DNA of 32,000 bases from Vibrio vulnificus CMCP6 (GTDB taxonomy: Bacteria; Pseudomonadota; Gammaproteobacteria; Enterobacterales; Vibrionaceae), in the NCBI RefSeq assembly GCF_000039765.1, contig NC_004459.3, positions 810,001 to 842,000 on the forward strand. Reading direction: 5' to 3'. Shown here one piece after another: positions 1 through 9,429 of the stretch. The number at the start of each line of letters is the position of its first letter. Position 1 is the stretch's first letter. Position numbers and translations under genes: made by a program. The notes beneath the pieces were generated by a model, which saw nothing but the letters and a program-made list of their open reading frames with translations, had not been told where the DNA came from and ran no database searches.

Positions 1-906
1 GAACAGTGAGCACTGCTCTTCTAAACGACACAGTAAACGCGCATCATCGCCCAAGAAAGCTTCCACCTGCTTAAATAAACCAGGCTTAAACTCTTTGTCA
101 AGAGCATCATCAACTTCAACCGCCACTAACGGAATCGTGCCTCTTTTTTGCACTTGTAGTGCTTCCATTGGTCTGAATACGTAGCGATTTTCTTTGGTTA
201 ATACTTCAACAGACCAGCGACCAGCCGATTCCCAGTTTGCGGCATAATTAAACAAGGCACCTTGTTCTGTCATTCCCGCGCCAGAAAATACTGACCCTGC
301 TTGATGCCAGTTTAGGCTGCCTTGAATAAAGCAGCAGATATCTCGAGGCTTGCCACCCAAGTAGAACGCCAGATCGGCAACATGAGTCGAATTAGCTAAG
401 AACCACTTGTTTAACACCTCTTGAGGTTTGTCGATTTTTTCAATGACATGCGCCCATTCTGTCAGTTCAAAGTTGAATGAAGTGACCCCACCTTCCTGCT
501 CAATCAAGCGCTGCGCTTCCAGTACTGAGGAGAAGAAACGACGGTTATATGCAATATAAACCGCACAACCATGCTGCTCACTGAGTTGGCGCAATTCTTC
601 GATTTCCGCCAGTGTGGTGGCACCTGGTTTTTCGACCAGAATTTTTTTTACGCCCGCTTCGATGAGTTGCTTGGTGGTTTCATACAGTTGAGCGACGCCC
701 ACGCTCACAATCGCCGCCTCTGCTACCGCCTTGGTATTGGCAATATGCTGCGCTAATCCACCACAAATCACTGCTTTACCCGTTTTTTCAGTGAACGATG
801 CTGCTGAGTCACTACCACGGCCGACCACCTGATAATCACAGCCTTGAGCATCGAGTACTTTGGCATAGTCAATCGACATCAAACCAGAACCAATTAGCCA
901 GATCAT
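1..906 (-). CDS. Gfo/Idh/MocA-type NAD(P)-dependent oxidoreductase; partial, 3' end runs off the left window edge
   Basis: Absent from the ORF track because there is no stop codon in the window. Hand translation of the minus strand from ATG (rc of 904-906) gives MIWLIGSGLMSIDYAKVLDAQGCDYQVVGRG...KKILVEKPGATTLAEIEEL...VYIAYNRRF. The frame is open for all 302 codons down to position 1. GAGGAG Shine-Dalgarno (rc of 912-917) lies 5 nt upstream. It has an N-terminal Rossmann-like segment and the family EKP motif. Confidence 0.6.
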   Translation of the reverse strand, partial: MIWLIGSGLMSIDYAKVLDAQGCDYQVVGRGSDSAASFTEKTGKAVICGGLAQHIANTKAVAEAAIVSVGVAQLYETTKQLIEAGVKKILVEKPGATTLAEIEELRQLSEQHGCAVYIAYNRRFFSSVLEAQRLIEQEGGVTSFNFELTEWAHVIEKIDKPQEVLNKWFLANSTHVADLAFYLGGKPRDICCFIQGSLNWHQAGSVFSGAGMTEQGALFNYAANWESAGRWSVEVLTKENRYVFRPMEALQVQKRGTIPLVAVEVDDALDKEFKPGLFKQVEAFLGDDARLLCRLEEQCSLF

Positions 907-921
907 ACTTACTCCTCAATA

Positions 922-1884
922 TTAAGTAATTGGGCAAGCGTCCAAATGAACGTTAAGGGTTTTCGATAGGTGCTCAAGGACCACCTCAATAAATGGGGTA
1001 TGCAGCGAGCATGATTGCGTAAACGGCGTTAACTGACACTGATTGGTCGTCAACAGTTCGGTGACATTCGCTCCCGTCAGTTGGCTTTGGAACAGCGGAG
1101 TGTGGCTATGTTGTGTCGTTGTGCCATCTTGGCTAAACAGCCAGGTTTGCTCCACTTCGTTAACAACATGGCGTGAGAGACCATTGTCGATAGTCACAGC
1201 TAAACTTGGGATGAGATCTTGGCCACTTTCAATTCGTAACGTGTTTACACCAATGGCATATTCGATCGCGCCTGTCACTTCATAAAAGCCTGCACGCTTA
1301 CTTTCAATCAGCTCAGCATCCAATGCCACATTGGTAACTTGTAGCGCAGCACTGTCGACAAGGTAAGAGAACAAATCGATAAAATGAACGCTATTACATG
1401 CCATACCCCAAGCGTTACCTTTAACGGTCATGTTCACTGGCTGACTCGTATCCAAATAAGATTTAAGCTCTTGGTAACTTGGGAAAATACGGCGTGGGCA
1501 GTTCACCCAACCTTGTACTTGATGCTGCTCAAGTAAAGCTAGGATCTCAGGATAATGCGCCAACTTTTGGAACAGTACCTTTTCAAAAATGATGTGTTTG
1601 ACGCGGTTCGTACTCAGCAGTGCTTTGGTAACGTCGGCACGAACTTGCGCAGCAGTAGCGATGATGCAAACTTCAAATGCCTTAGAATCAGGTAACGTGG
1701 TGCTATAGCTGATCTGGCTATTGTCATTGCCCCACTCCACTTGCTGAGCACGTTCTTCAGCAATATTCAGTGAGTCTTGTGACGGATCGACAACAGTAAT
1801 ATCTAAGCTTTCAGTCGCAGCCAGTGCACCTTGCAAATGGCGGCTACCCAATTGTCCCGCACCGATGATCAATAACTTATGCAT
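922..1884 (-). CDS. Rossmann-fold oxidoreductase, Gfo/Idh/MocA-like, of the nonulosonic acid cluster
   Basis: 320-aa ORF. N-terminus MHKLLIIGAGQLGSRHLQGAL has a GxGxxG dinucleotide fold, and there is an IIFEKV variant of the EKP motif. Its start overlaps the stop of the upstream CMP-synthetase gene by 8 nt (1877-1884). Confidence 0.55.
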   Translation of the reverse strand: MHKLLIIGAGQLGSRHLQGALAATESLDITVVDPSQDSLNIAEERAQQVEWGNDNSQISYSTTLPDSKAFEVCIIATAAQVRADVTKALLSTNRVKHIIFEKVLFQKLAHYPEILALLEQHQVQGWVNCPRRIFPSYQELKSYLDTSQPVNMTVKGNAWGMACNSVHFIDLFSYLVDSAALQVTNVALDAELIESKRAGFYEVTGAIEYAIGVNTLRIESGQDLIPSLAVTIDNGLSRHVVNEVEQTWLFSQDGTTTQHSHTPLFQSQLTGANVTELLTTNQCQLTPFTQSCSLHTPFIEVVLEHLSKTLNVHLDACPIT

Positions 1885-2578
1885 TTTGTTCCCTATATTT
1901 TAATACCGTTTCTGCAATCAGAAAATCCAACTCATGGTCAATATCAACCGAGCTTTCATTATCCATTACATAGGCAAATATGTTTGAAGATAAGAATAGC
2001 GAGTTTTCTTGGTAGAATCTGCTCACTCTTGTTAAGTAGATTGCACCATTAATTCGATAGTAATCAGGAAGATCCTGACTTCTCAACTGGCTAACTTCAT
2101 GACGGATAAAATCGGCCATCGAGCGATCGTCTGGTAAGGTATTAGCCCAAAGTGGCGAGTGATCACAAGGGCACACTGACACGACGGCATCCGCCGTATG
2201 CGCTATAAGTTGCTCGATCGCGTGGCGGATGTCATCCGCACTGCGAATTGGTGACGTGGGTTGTAACAGTAAGACAAAATCAAACTCTTCACCTTGTGCG
2301 CGATAAAAATCCAGCGCATGACGGATCACATCGGAACTGGAACTGGTGTCGGTGGCTAACTCTGGTGGGCGGATAAACGGCACCTCTGCCCCCGCTTTTT
2401 TCGCAATCTCCGCAATCTCGTCACAGTCCGTCGTCACCATGACGCGAGCGATCTCTTGCACCGCTAAGGCGGCATCTATTGTCCATTGGATTAGAGGCTT
2501 ACCATTTAAATTTTTGATGTTCTTGCCTGGTAGCCGCTTGCTGCCCCCGCGGGCAGGAGTAATCGCCAGTATTTTCAT
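1877..2578 (-). CDS. neuA: CMP-nonulosonate (acylneuraminate) cytidylyltransferase, NeuA/LegF family
   Basis: 233 aa. N-terminus MKILAITPARGGSKRLPGKNIKNLNGKPLIQW is the canonical CMP-sugar synthetase signature. It lies 3 nt downstream of the preceding gene. Confidence 0.85.
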   Translation of the reverse strand: MKILAITPARGGSKRLPGKNIKNLNGKPLIQWTIDAALAVQEIARVMVTTDCDEIAEIAKKAGAEVPFIRPPELATDTSSSSDVIRHALDFYRAQGEEFDFVLLLQPTSPIRSADDIRHAIEQLIAHTADAVVSVCPCDHSPLWANTLPDDRSMADFIRHEVSQLRSQDLPDYYRINGAIYLTRVSRFYQENSLFLSSNIFAYVMDNESSVDIDHELDFLIAETVLKYREQNA

Positions 2579-2581
2579 TAT

Positions 2582-3628
2582 TTATAAACCTAACGTGAGA
2601 ATATCCACTTGTGCACGCTTATAGTCGTCCATGCGACCAATATCTAGCCAATATTCATGAAATGGAAATACATGGATGTCTCGGCCAATTTGCTGTTCAA
2701 ACAAGGTTGGCATATCTAAGTATTCTCCTTTCGCCACCGAAGTAATCAGCGATTTGTTCAACACATAAATGCCCGCGTTGACATGAAAGCGGTAGGTCGG
2801 TTTTTCCACAATCCCAGTAATTTTGAAATCTTGAGCTTCAATTACACCAAAAGGCACTTGATATTCAAACTCACGGACACACATGGTCGCTTTTGAGTCA
2901 TTTTTATTATGGAACTCAAGCACATCTTCAAAGTTGATCTTGGTCAGGATGTCTCCATTCATCACGATAACGGGCAGATCTGGCAGACTATCTGGTAGCA
3001 AGCCTAACGCACCGCCAGTGCCTAATGGAGTTTCTTCATGAATATATTGAATCGACACGCCCCAACGCGAACCATCGCCCAAAGCTTCATGGATCATTTC
3101 TGGTAAATAATGGGTTGAGATATAGAAATTACTAAATCCTGATCGAATAAAACTCAAGATGACCGTTTCTAAGATCGGGCGCTCACCCACTTTGAGTAAT
3201 GGTTTAGGGCAGTTATCCGTCAATGGTTTAAGGCGAGTCCCAAAGCCTCCTGCCATTAAAAAGACCGGATTGGCGTATTCGGGTTTATGTAACAAGCCAT
3301 GCAATGTTTCCAAGCCAATCACGATCCCATTACTTAAGATTGGAATGGCATGCAGCTCTTTGCGTTCCATCAAAGAGAGAATATTGTCTCTCGACATGCT
3401 GACATCGGCAGTGGTTGGCTGGGTATTCATCACCAAATCAACACTGTCTTCCAATGAGGCATCTCTTAAGATGGCACGACGAATATCACCATCGCTGACC
3501 GTTCCTAACAACTTGTTCTGCTCATCTACGACTAGGGCTAGTTTCAACGCTTGTTGATCAATAGTCCTCAACACAGAACGAATCGAAGCGGAGGGTGAGA
3601 CTAAAATCTTTTTCCAGTTGTGGCTCAT
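2582..3628 (-). CDS. CBS-pair plus sugar-phosphate nucleotidyltransferase (PtmE-like, as in Campylobacter legionaminic acid clusters)
   Basis: 348 aa. The N-terminal ~110 aa resemble a CBS pair (LGTVSDGDIRRAIL, LHAIPIL). They are followed by LMAGGFGTRLKPLTDNCPKPLLKV, the G-x-G-T-R-L nucleotidyltransferase motif. Confidence 0.8.
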   Translation of the reverse strand: MSHNWKKILVSPSASIRSVLRTIDQQALKLALVVDEQNKLLGTVSDGDIRRAILRDASLEDSVDLVMNTQPTTADVSMSRDNILSLMERKELHAIPILSNGIVIGLETLHGLLHKPEYANPVFLMAGGFGTRLKPLTDNCPKPLLKVGERPILETVILSFIRSGFSNFYISTHYLPEMIHEALGDGSRWGVSIQYIHEETPLGTGGALGLLPDSLPDLPVIVMNGDILTKINFEDVLEFHNKNDSKATMCVREFEYQVPFGVIEAQDFKITGIVEKPTYRFHVNAGIYVLNKSLITSVAKGEYLDMPTLFEQQIGRDIHVFPFHEYWLDIGRMDDYKRAQVDILTLGL

Positions 3629-3645
3629 GCGTATGCCTTATTTGC

Positions 3646-4137
3646 TTAGAGACTGTATTTAATAAATTTTACTGGTGTTGGGCTTTGTGCTAATTGGCGA
3701 TATTCGCATTCATCGGTAGCCCGAAAACCCAGCGCAGTAGCGGTCTTGACCGAAGCAATGTTGCTTTCCGCAATCCATGCAACTTGCATGGTGAACATAG
3801 GTTCAATGTGTTCCAGTCCAAGTTTGATCATTATCTTGGCGAGTCCACGTCCAGCATATTTTGCCGAAACGCCATAAGAGATTTCGACCGTATTATTGAG
3901 ACAATCTTTATCGACACAAAAGTAACCAATTCGCACATTGTTCCCTTTGAGAATATAGATATCTCTATTTTCATTGTTCAGCATCGCCGTGTAGTGTTCA
4001 AGTAAACAAGTCCTATCCGGCGCAGTATTAAAACCTGACCAATAAATACTTTGGCTTTCCGATTTGATTGCGTGATAAAAGGTAAAGTCAGATTTATCTG
4101 CCAAAACAAGGGTCAGATGGTCAACATTCATCGGCAT
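3646..4137 (-). CDS. GNAT-family N-acetyltransferase
   Basis: 163 aa. The YAGRGLAKIMI segment fits the GNAT acetyl-CoA binding motif (R/Q-x-x-G-x-G/A). Its start overlaps the stop of the upstream gene by 17 nt; an alternative ATG lies at 4131. Confidence 0.7.
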   Translation of the reverse strand: MPMNVDHLTLVLADKSDFTFYHAIKSESQSIYWSGFNTAPDRTCLLEHYTAMLNNENRDIYILKGNNVRIGYFCVDKDCLNNTVEISYGVSAKYAGRGLAKIMIKLGLEHIEPMFTMQVAWIAESNIASVKTATALGFRATDECEYRQLAQSPTPVKFIKYSL

Positions 4138-5116
4138 ACTCCATGATCATATTGCAGACACGCTCAATGTCTAACTTCGAGTATCTTGAGTCCAAAGGCA
4201 ATGACAGTAAATAATCACTCAGCTGATTGGAGACCATCGACAACTGGGGCCAATGCACAGCCAAGAAAATCTGGTGCTGCATGAGTTGCTTTCTAACGGC
4301 ATCCCGATTTTTCAGGACAATGGGTAAAAAACTTGGGAATTCAGGCACCACATCAAGATAGAGATGCTCCGGCAGCAAGTGTTTGGCTAAGGCGAGATTG
4401 CTCTGTCTATGCTGGTTTTCTTGATCCAAAGTACGATAGAACGTGTTGGCCAGCATACTGCTGCGTCCACTTGGCTGATAGATCCCCTGTGAGGTATCGA
4501 GCAGGTGCTCCGCTGCGACAAACGATGCTAAATAAGAAGCCTCATCACCCAGACCATCGGTGAGATATTTCGCTTTAAGATCTTTGGCTTGATATTTAAG
4601 CTGAGCAAAATTCGCCAACGATTCGACCGTCACCGTCGCCAGTGCTCGATTGGAAATCAGCTGACTGTAGTCTGGAATCGCGGTGATTTTTCTTAAGCTA
4701 TTGAAATAGACCCAATGACATGGGTTGTCAAAGTGCGGCTTACTGATGCCAAACACGTCATCGAGGATAAAGGGAATTGTTAAGGTCGCCAATAGATTGT
4801 CTAAACTAACCGTTTGCGCGCCAAAATATCGCACCAAATAAACTGCATCAATCCCAAGCAACGATTCACTGTTGAGATCAATCGACAAATCTGGGTTTAC
4901 CCGATAGAAATCGAAGTTCACTTCTTGTTCGATTAATACATCAATAACGATCTGACAAATAAAATCTGGAACCAGTATCTTTTGATGTTTTAACCCCATT
5001 GACTCAAGCGCCCATCGTAACGATGAGCGCCCAGAGTTGGTGACCCCATAATGAAGATGGTCCGATAGCAGCTCTTGCTCACCACCAATCGTTTTTTGAT
5101 TAGTATTCGACATCAT
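4121..5116 (-). CDS. Divergent DegT/DnrJ/EryC1-like (fold-type I PLP) protein, function unknown
   Basis: 331 aa. By eye it aligns collinearly to sugar aminotransferases: GGEQE; SGRSSLRWALESMGL..KILVPDFIC (compare SGTAALHLAL..VIVPSFTF); AVYLVRYFG (compare IIPVHLYG); ILDDVFG (compare IEDAAQ, the PLP-binding Asp); FNSLRKIT (compare FSFHPTKN, the Schiff-base Lys). Identity is low, so the family call is tentative. Confidence 0.4.
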   Translation of the reverse strand: MMSNTNQKTIGGEQELLSDHLHYGVTNSGRSSLRWALESMGLKHQKILVPDFICQIVIDVLIEQEVNFDFYRVNPDLSIDLNSESLLGIDAVYLVRYFGAQTVSLDNLLATLTIPFILDDVFGISKPHFDNPCHWVYFNSLRKITAIPDYSQLISNRALATVTVESLANFAQLKYQAKDLKAKYLTDGLGDEASYLASFVAAEHLLDTSQGIYQPSGRSSMLANTFYRTLDQENQHRQSNLALAKHLLPEHLYLDVVPEFPSFLPIVLKNRDAVRKQLMQHQIFLAVHWPQLSMVSNQLSDYLLSLPLDSRYSKLDIERVCNMIMEYADEC

Positions 5117-6263
5117 AGAACTTCTTGGATTTCAATTTGCTCAAGTCGACTGACTTAATGATACTCACCAACTTTTGCGAACTGTTGCCCTGGCCGTAAG
5201 GATTAATGACCGTGTGGAGTCGCTCTTGGAAAGCATCTGTATAGATAGTAGCAATGGCGTCGATAATCTGCTGCTTTTCAACCTCAACGTCAATGGTGCT
5301 ATCAGCTCGTACTCGCCCTTTTTGACGAGAGCCGATATTAATCGACGCTATTCTAAATGAAGGGGCTTCTACGATACCACTCGACGAATTCCCGACCACC
5401 GCATCGACATATTGCAGAGCAGACAAATAGCGCAACTGCCCCAACGAGGTAAACGCCACTGACTTGTCTTTATGGTCGACCACGTACTGATCAATCATTT
5501 TGTTGATCAGACGGCCACCCACATCTGCATTCGCTTTAGTGAAAATGATCAAACAATCATCAAGAGTATCTAATGCCGCAAGGATATGGTTAAAATCCGC
5601 TTCAATCTCATCAACTGATTGGGTTGTTTCCGGATGATAGGTAAACAGCAGATTTTTCTTTTTTAACTTCACGCCAATAGACTCTTCAAAGGCACTCTTA
5701 GAGAGCAACTCCATTCTTAGAATGTTATCCAAACCCACTTCACCAATATTAAACACTCGATCTGGACTTTCACCCATTTGAATGACACGTCGAGAGTATT
5801 CTTCCATCGCAGTGAAATGCAGTTGCGACAGTTTGGTGATCGCATGACGAATGAGTTCATCAATCGCCCCTTCTGTTAACTCGCCGCCATTGAGGTGAGC
5901 GACTGGAATACGCGCAATATTGGCCGCCGACACAATCGGGATCAACTCGTAACGGTCACCAAGTACCACGACTAAATCCGGTCGCAACTCTTCAAAGGCT
6001 TCAGCAAAACTGATTTGGGCCAAGCCCATACTTTTACTCACTCCCACTGGGGTATCTGAAGAGAGTAAGATCTCAATTTGCTTGTTAACACGAAAACCAT
6101 CATCCAAGATTTGCTGATTGGTGTAACCAAACTCTGGCGACAAATGGCTGCCAGTAGAGATGATTTGTAACTCAAGTTGCGGATCATTTTGAATATCATC
6201 CAGCAAACATTTCAGTAAGCCATATTCCGCTCGCGTGGCGGTGACTACACAGATTTTACGCAT
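5100..6263 (-). CDS. neuC: Hydrolysing NDP-sugar 2-epimerase, NeuC/LegG family
   Basis: 387 aa. N-terminus MRKICVVTATRAEYGLLKCLLDDIQ plus HLNGGE and GNSSSG motifs are typical of NeuC-type epimerases. Its ATG overlaps the neuB stop in the sequence TAATG at 6261-6265. Confidence 0.85.
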   Translation of the reverse strand: MRKICVVTATRAEYGLLKCLLDDIQNDPQLELQIISTGSHLSPEFGYTNQQILDDGFRVNKQIEILLSSDTPVGVSKSMGLAQISFAEAFEELRPDLVVVLGDRYELIPIVSAANIARIPVAHLNGGELTEGAIDELIRHAITKLSQLHFTAMEEYSRRVIQMGESPDRVFNIGEVGLDNILRMELLSKSAFEESIGVKLKKKNLLFTYHPETTQSVDEIEADFNHILAALDTLDDCLIIFTKANADVGGRLINKMIDQYVVDHKDKSVAFTSLGQLRYLSALQYVDAVVGNSSSGIVEAPSFRIASINIGSRQKGRVRADSTIDVEVEKQQIIDAIATIYTDAFQERLHTVINPYGQGNSSQKLVSIIKSVDLSKLKSKKFYDVEY

Positions 6264-7264
6264 TAGATCAGCTCTCCAATCTGGTAATCTTTCTTCGCTA
6301 TAGAGCCAACCACTTCATCCCAACGCGTTGGAGAAATACCATTACCTGGACGTTTAATTTCTAACATATCTGCACAGATGATGCTGCCCGCCATGATCGG
6401 CTTGCCAGCCACTAAGCTCTTGCGCACAATGTTACGGTTTTCCTGTTCGGTTTTAGTGGGTACCTTCCAGCCATTACCCAGAGCTTGTTCAATATTGCGG
6501 ATCGCAGTGACCATGTCGGCGAGCTCTTGTGGCTCGAGGCTAGCTTTATGATCCGGCCCAGACATGGTTTTATCTAGCGTGAAATGTTTTTCAATCACTT
6601 TCGCGCCTAGCGCCACCGCTGCTACTGGTATTTCAGTACCCAACGTATGATCAGAGTAGCCGACAATAATGCCCGGGAACGCTTGTTCGATCGTCTTCAT
6701 CGCCAACAAGTTAACGTCTTCTGGCGCGGTTGGATAATCGGTTGTCGCGTGTAAAACCGTGATCATGTCGAGTGATAAGCCCGCGTCGCGCAACGTCACC
6801 ACCGCATGCTCCACTTCCGACAAATAGCCCATCCCCGTTGACAAGATCACTGGCTTGGCAAAGCTCGCTATATGGCGTAGAAATGGTGTGTTGGTGAGCT
6901 CTCCCGAGCCAATTTTGAATACGGCTTGTAAGCCATCTAAAAATGTGGCGCTTTGCTCTTCGTCTGGCGTTGACATAAAGGTAATACCTTTATCATCACA
7001 GTACGACTTTAATTCTGTAAAATCATCGTAGCTCAATTCCAAACGCTTCAGCATTTCAAATTGCGTTTCTTCACGTTGAGTGTTTTCAACTTGATATTCC
7101 GCCATTTTTGCGTCTTCTGTTACCAGTAATTCGGTTTTCCAAGTCTGGAACTTCACCGCATCGACGCCCGCATCCGCCGCCGCATCAATCAACTGTTTGG
7201 CTAAACGAATATCACCATTATGGTTTACACCGGCCTCAGCGATGATAAATGTCTTGTTTGTCAT
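6263..7264 (-). CDS. neuB: Nonulosonic acid synthase, NeuB/LegI family
   Basis: 333 aa. N-terminus TFIIAEAGVNHNGDIRLAKQLIDAAADAGVDAVKFQTW is the NeuB TIM-barrel signature. There is a C-terminal SAF-like segment (IKRPGNGISP). An AGAGG Shine-Dalgarno lies upstream. Confidence 0.9.
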   Translation of the reverse strand: MTNKTFIIAEAGVNHNGDIRLAKQLIDAAADAGVDAVKFQTWKTELLVTEDAKMAEYQVENTQREETQFEMLKRLELSYDDFTELKSYCDDKGITFMSTPDEEQSATFLDGLQAVFKIGSGELTNTPFLRHIASFAKPVILSTGMGYLSEVEHAVVTLRDAGLSLDMITVLHATTDYPTAPEDVNLLAMKTIEQAFPGIIVGYSDHTLGTEIPVAAVALGAKVIEKHFTLDKTMSGPDHKASLEPQELADMVTAIRNIEQALGNGWKVPTKTEQENRNIVRKSLVAGKPIMAGSIICADMLEIKRPGNGISPTRWDEVVGSIAKKDYQIGELI

Positions 7265-7272
7265 AAGTACCT

Positions 7273-8265
7273 CTAAGCTCGGTATAACTGGAATAACTTT
7301 GGTGCTTGGCGTTGCGGGTTTTGCTCAATCCACAACTGATTCAACTGGTGCCTCTTCTCTGGTAAGAAATCTAATCCAGCAATATAAAAGGCTCTATTGA
7401 GTGGTGAGAACTTGCTCTTAAACTTAAATAAACTGTCTTCTGGTGACGATGTCCGTCCCCCGCCTAACATCATATATCGGCATCCCTGCGCTTTTGCGTG
7501 TTCAAAAGCAGCATCCAACAGTAAGTAATTGCCATTGTCTTTCGCCAACTCTTGGTTGTTTGCTGAAAGATGATAGTGGGCAAGCTCATTGCTACACATA
7601 AAAAAGCCAATCGAGGCATATTGTTGCTCTTTTTGGATGGCGAGCAAGCTGACCCCTTGGATTTTCATTAAAGCCTCAAAATATGGCTCTTTAAAGTAAA
7701 AGAAGTCACTTGCGGTGTTCTTTTGCATCGTATCGTAATACATACTCATAAACTCACTGAGCGGTACATGTTCGTACTTTACCGTTAAGTTGTTCGCCGC
7801 TTTTTTCACAATATTACGCGTAGTTTTGGAATACTGCTGTCGACGCTCTTCACTGCTTTGCTCGAGATCCACGATCACGACTTGACGTTCAGCAAAATGC
7901 ATATCAAATAGCGCATTGTTTTCAGCCAACGAATTGAAAGGGTGGAAGCGAATAAACTCACACACAATACGTTGCTGCTGGCAATGCTCGCGATACGCCG
8001 TAAACGCCCGTTGTAGAAAAGCAGGAGCGTCACAGTTTGATAGTGGCCCACCATAGCCATATGGCGTCTCTAAATCGTAAAGCTCTTCTTGTACCTCAAC
8101 CCCAGCAACATGACTAATACGATGTTTAAGTGCCGTGAACCTCACATAGTGTTCGCCTTCTTGATAGGTGTACTCAAAATGATCACATCCCTGTTCATAC
8201 AAGGCTGAGTAAGCACGTTGATAATAAATATCAGCCGATAAATCTGTGGTAGGAGCTATAGTCAT
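7273..8265 (-). CDS. FemAB-like / tandem-GNAT-fold acyl- or aminoacyl-transferase (tentative)
   Basis: 330 aa. Motifs ETPYGYGGPL, EFIRFHP, AHYHLSA and FKFKSKF resemble FemAB-related (Acetyltransf_6-type) proteins as I remember that family. It occupies the slot between aminotransferase and synthase where a LegH/PseH-type N-acetyltransferase is normally found. No homology search was possible. Confidence 0.45.
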   Translation of the reverse strand: MTIAPTTDLSADIYYQRAYSALYEQGCDHFEYTYQEGEHYVRFTALKHRISHVAGVEVQEELYDLETPYGYGGPLSNCDAPAFLQRAFTAYREHCQQQRIVCEFIRFHPFNSLAENNALFDMHFAERQVVIVDLEQSSEERRQQYSKTTRNIVKKAANNLTVKYEHVPLSEFMSMYYDTMQKNTASDFFYFKEPYFEALMKIQGVSLLAIQKEQQYASIGFFMCSNELAHYHLSANNQELAKDNGNYLLLDAAFEHAKAQGCRYMMLGGGRTSSPEDSLFKFKSKFSPLNRAFYIAGLDFLPEKRHQLNQLWIEQNPQRQAPKLFQLYRA

Positions 8266-8274
8266 CTTGTTCCC

Positions 8275-9417
8275 TTACGCAACCGGCGTACTCGGTAAGT
8301 TAATCAGGTGTGCTTCAATAAACTCTGAATGGGTCAAATCCCCGCGCAGGGCTTGTTCGAACATTGGCAAACGATGCATTAACTGCCAAATTGGGCGAGT
8401 CATTACGCCAGCGGCATTAGTTTGCTCAAGCAGTTCATTGCGCTGCTGTGCATCCGCGCAAATGATGGCATTGAGCCAGTAGTTAGATTGCGCGTATTCT
8501 GGCTCGACCACAAAGGTCACATCGCTGCTGGCGAAAAACGCTTGGTATTGATGTGCCAGTTGGCGTTTTTGAGCCAGATAGTGTTCAAGTACTTCCATCT
8601 GCGCACAACCCAGCGCCGCATTTAAGTTCGGCATGCGGTAGTTAAACCCTGGCTCATCATGGAAGAACTCATACGGGTGCGGCACTTTCGCCGTCGTAGT
8701 CACATGCTTAGTGCGTCTGCCCGCTTCTTCACTCCCGCAAAGCACCATACCGCCACCACCTGTGGTAATGATTTTGTTGCCGTTGAAACTCACCGCACCA
8801 AAATCACCGATTGTCCCCGTGTGCTTACCCTTGTAAAACGAGCCTAGGCTTTCCGCAGCATCCTCGACTAACGAAATATTCCATTTCAAACAAACAGCAA
8901 CCAGTTCATCCAATTCTACCGGATGACCAAAAGTGTGCATTGGCACCACGGCTTTGATTCTTCTGCCCGTTTGCTTATGGATGCAACCTGCCTCAGTGAC
9001 TTGTGCATTATCTTCTAAGAAAGCACTCATCGCTTTAGGGCAAAGCCCCAAGCTTACAGGGGAAACATCCACAAAAATCGGCTCGGCGCCCATGTGATAA
9101 AGCGCATTACAAGTAGCAACAAACGTCAGCGCTTGTGTGATCACCAAATCACCACGTTCAACCCCTGCCATGTAGAGGGCTGCGTGCAAGGCTGCGGTAC
9201 CATTGACCGTCGCCACCGCCTTTGGAGTACCAGTAAACGCTTCCATTTTACGTTCAAACTCATCGACAAACTTACCGACGCTGGAGACAAAGGTGCTGTC
9301 AATGGTTTCCATCACATACGCTTTCTCATTGCCCGCAAAAGTAGGGGCATGCAACGGAATAAAATCTTGGGTTTGGTATTGGTCGCGTACAAACTCAACC
9401 AGTAACTGTGCGTTCAT
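8275..9417 (-). CDS. DegT/DnrJ/EryC1-family sugar aminotransferase (LegC/PglE-like)
   Basis: 380 aa. It has FIPLHAPTFAGNEKAYV, NGTAALHAAL, LVEDAAESLGS and the lysine motif AVSFNGNKIITTGGGG, a full canonical set of family motifs. Confidence 0.85.
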   Translation of the reverse strand: MNAQLLVEFVRDQYQTQDFIPLHAPTFAGNEKAYVMETIDSTFVSSVGKFVDEFERKMEAFTGTPKAVATVNGTAALHAALYMAGVERGDLVITQALTFVATCNALYHMGAEPIFVDVSPVSLGLCPKAMSAFLEDNAQVTEAGCIHKQTGRRIKAVVPMHTFGHPVELDELVAVCLKWNISLVEDAAESLGSFYKGKHTGTIGDFGAVSFNGNKIITTGGGGMVLCGSEEAGRRTKHVTTTAKVPHPYEFFHDEPGFNYRMPNLNAALGCAQMEVLEHYLAQKRQLAHQYQAFFASSDVTFVVEPEYAQSNYWLNAIICADAQQRNELLEQTNAAGVMTRPIWQLMHRLPMFEQALRGDLTHSEFIEAHLINLPSTPVA

Positions 9418-9429
9418 TCTTCTTCACCC

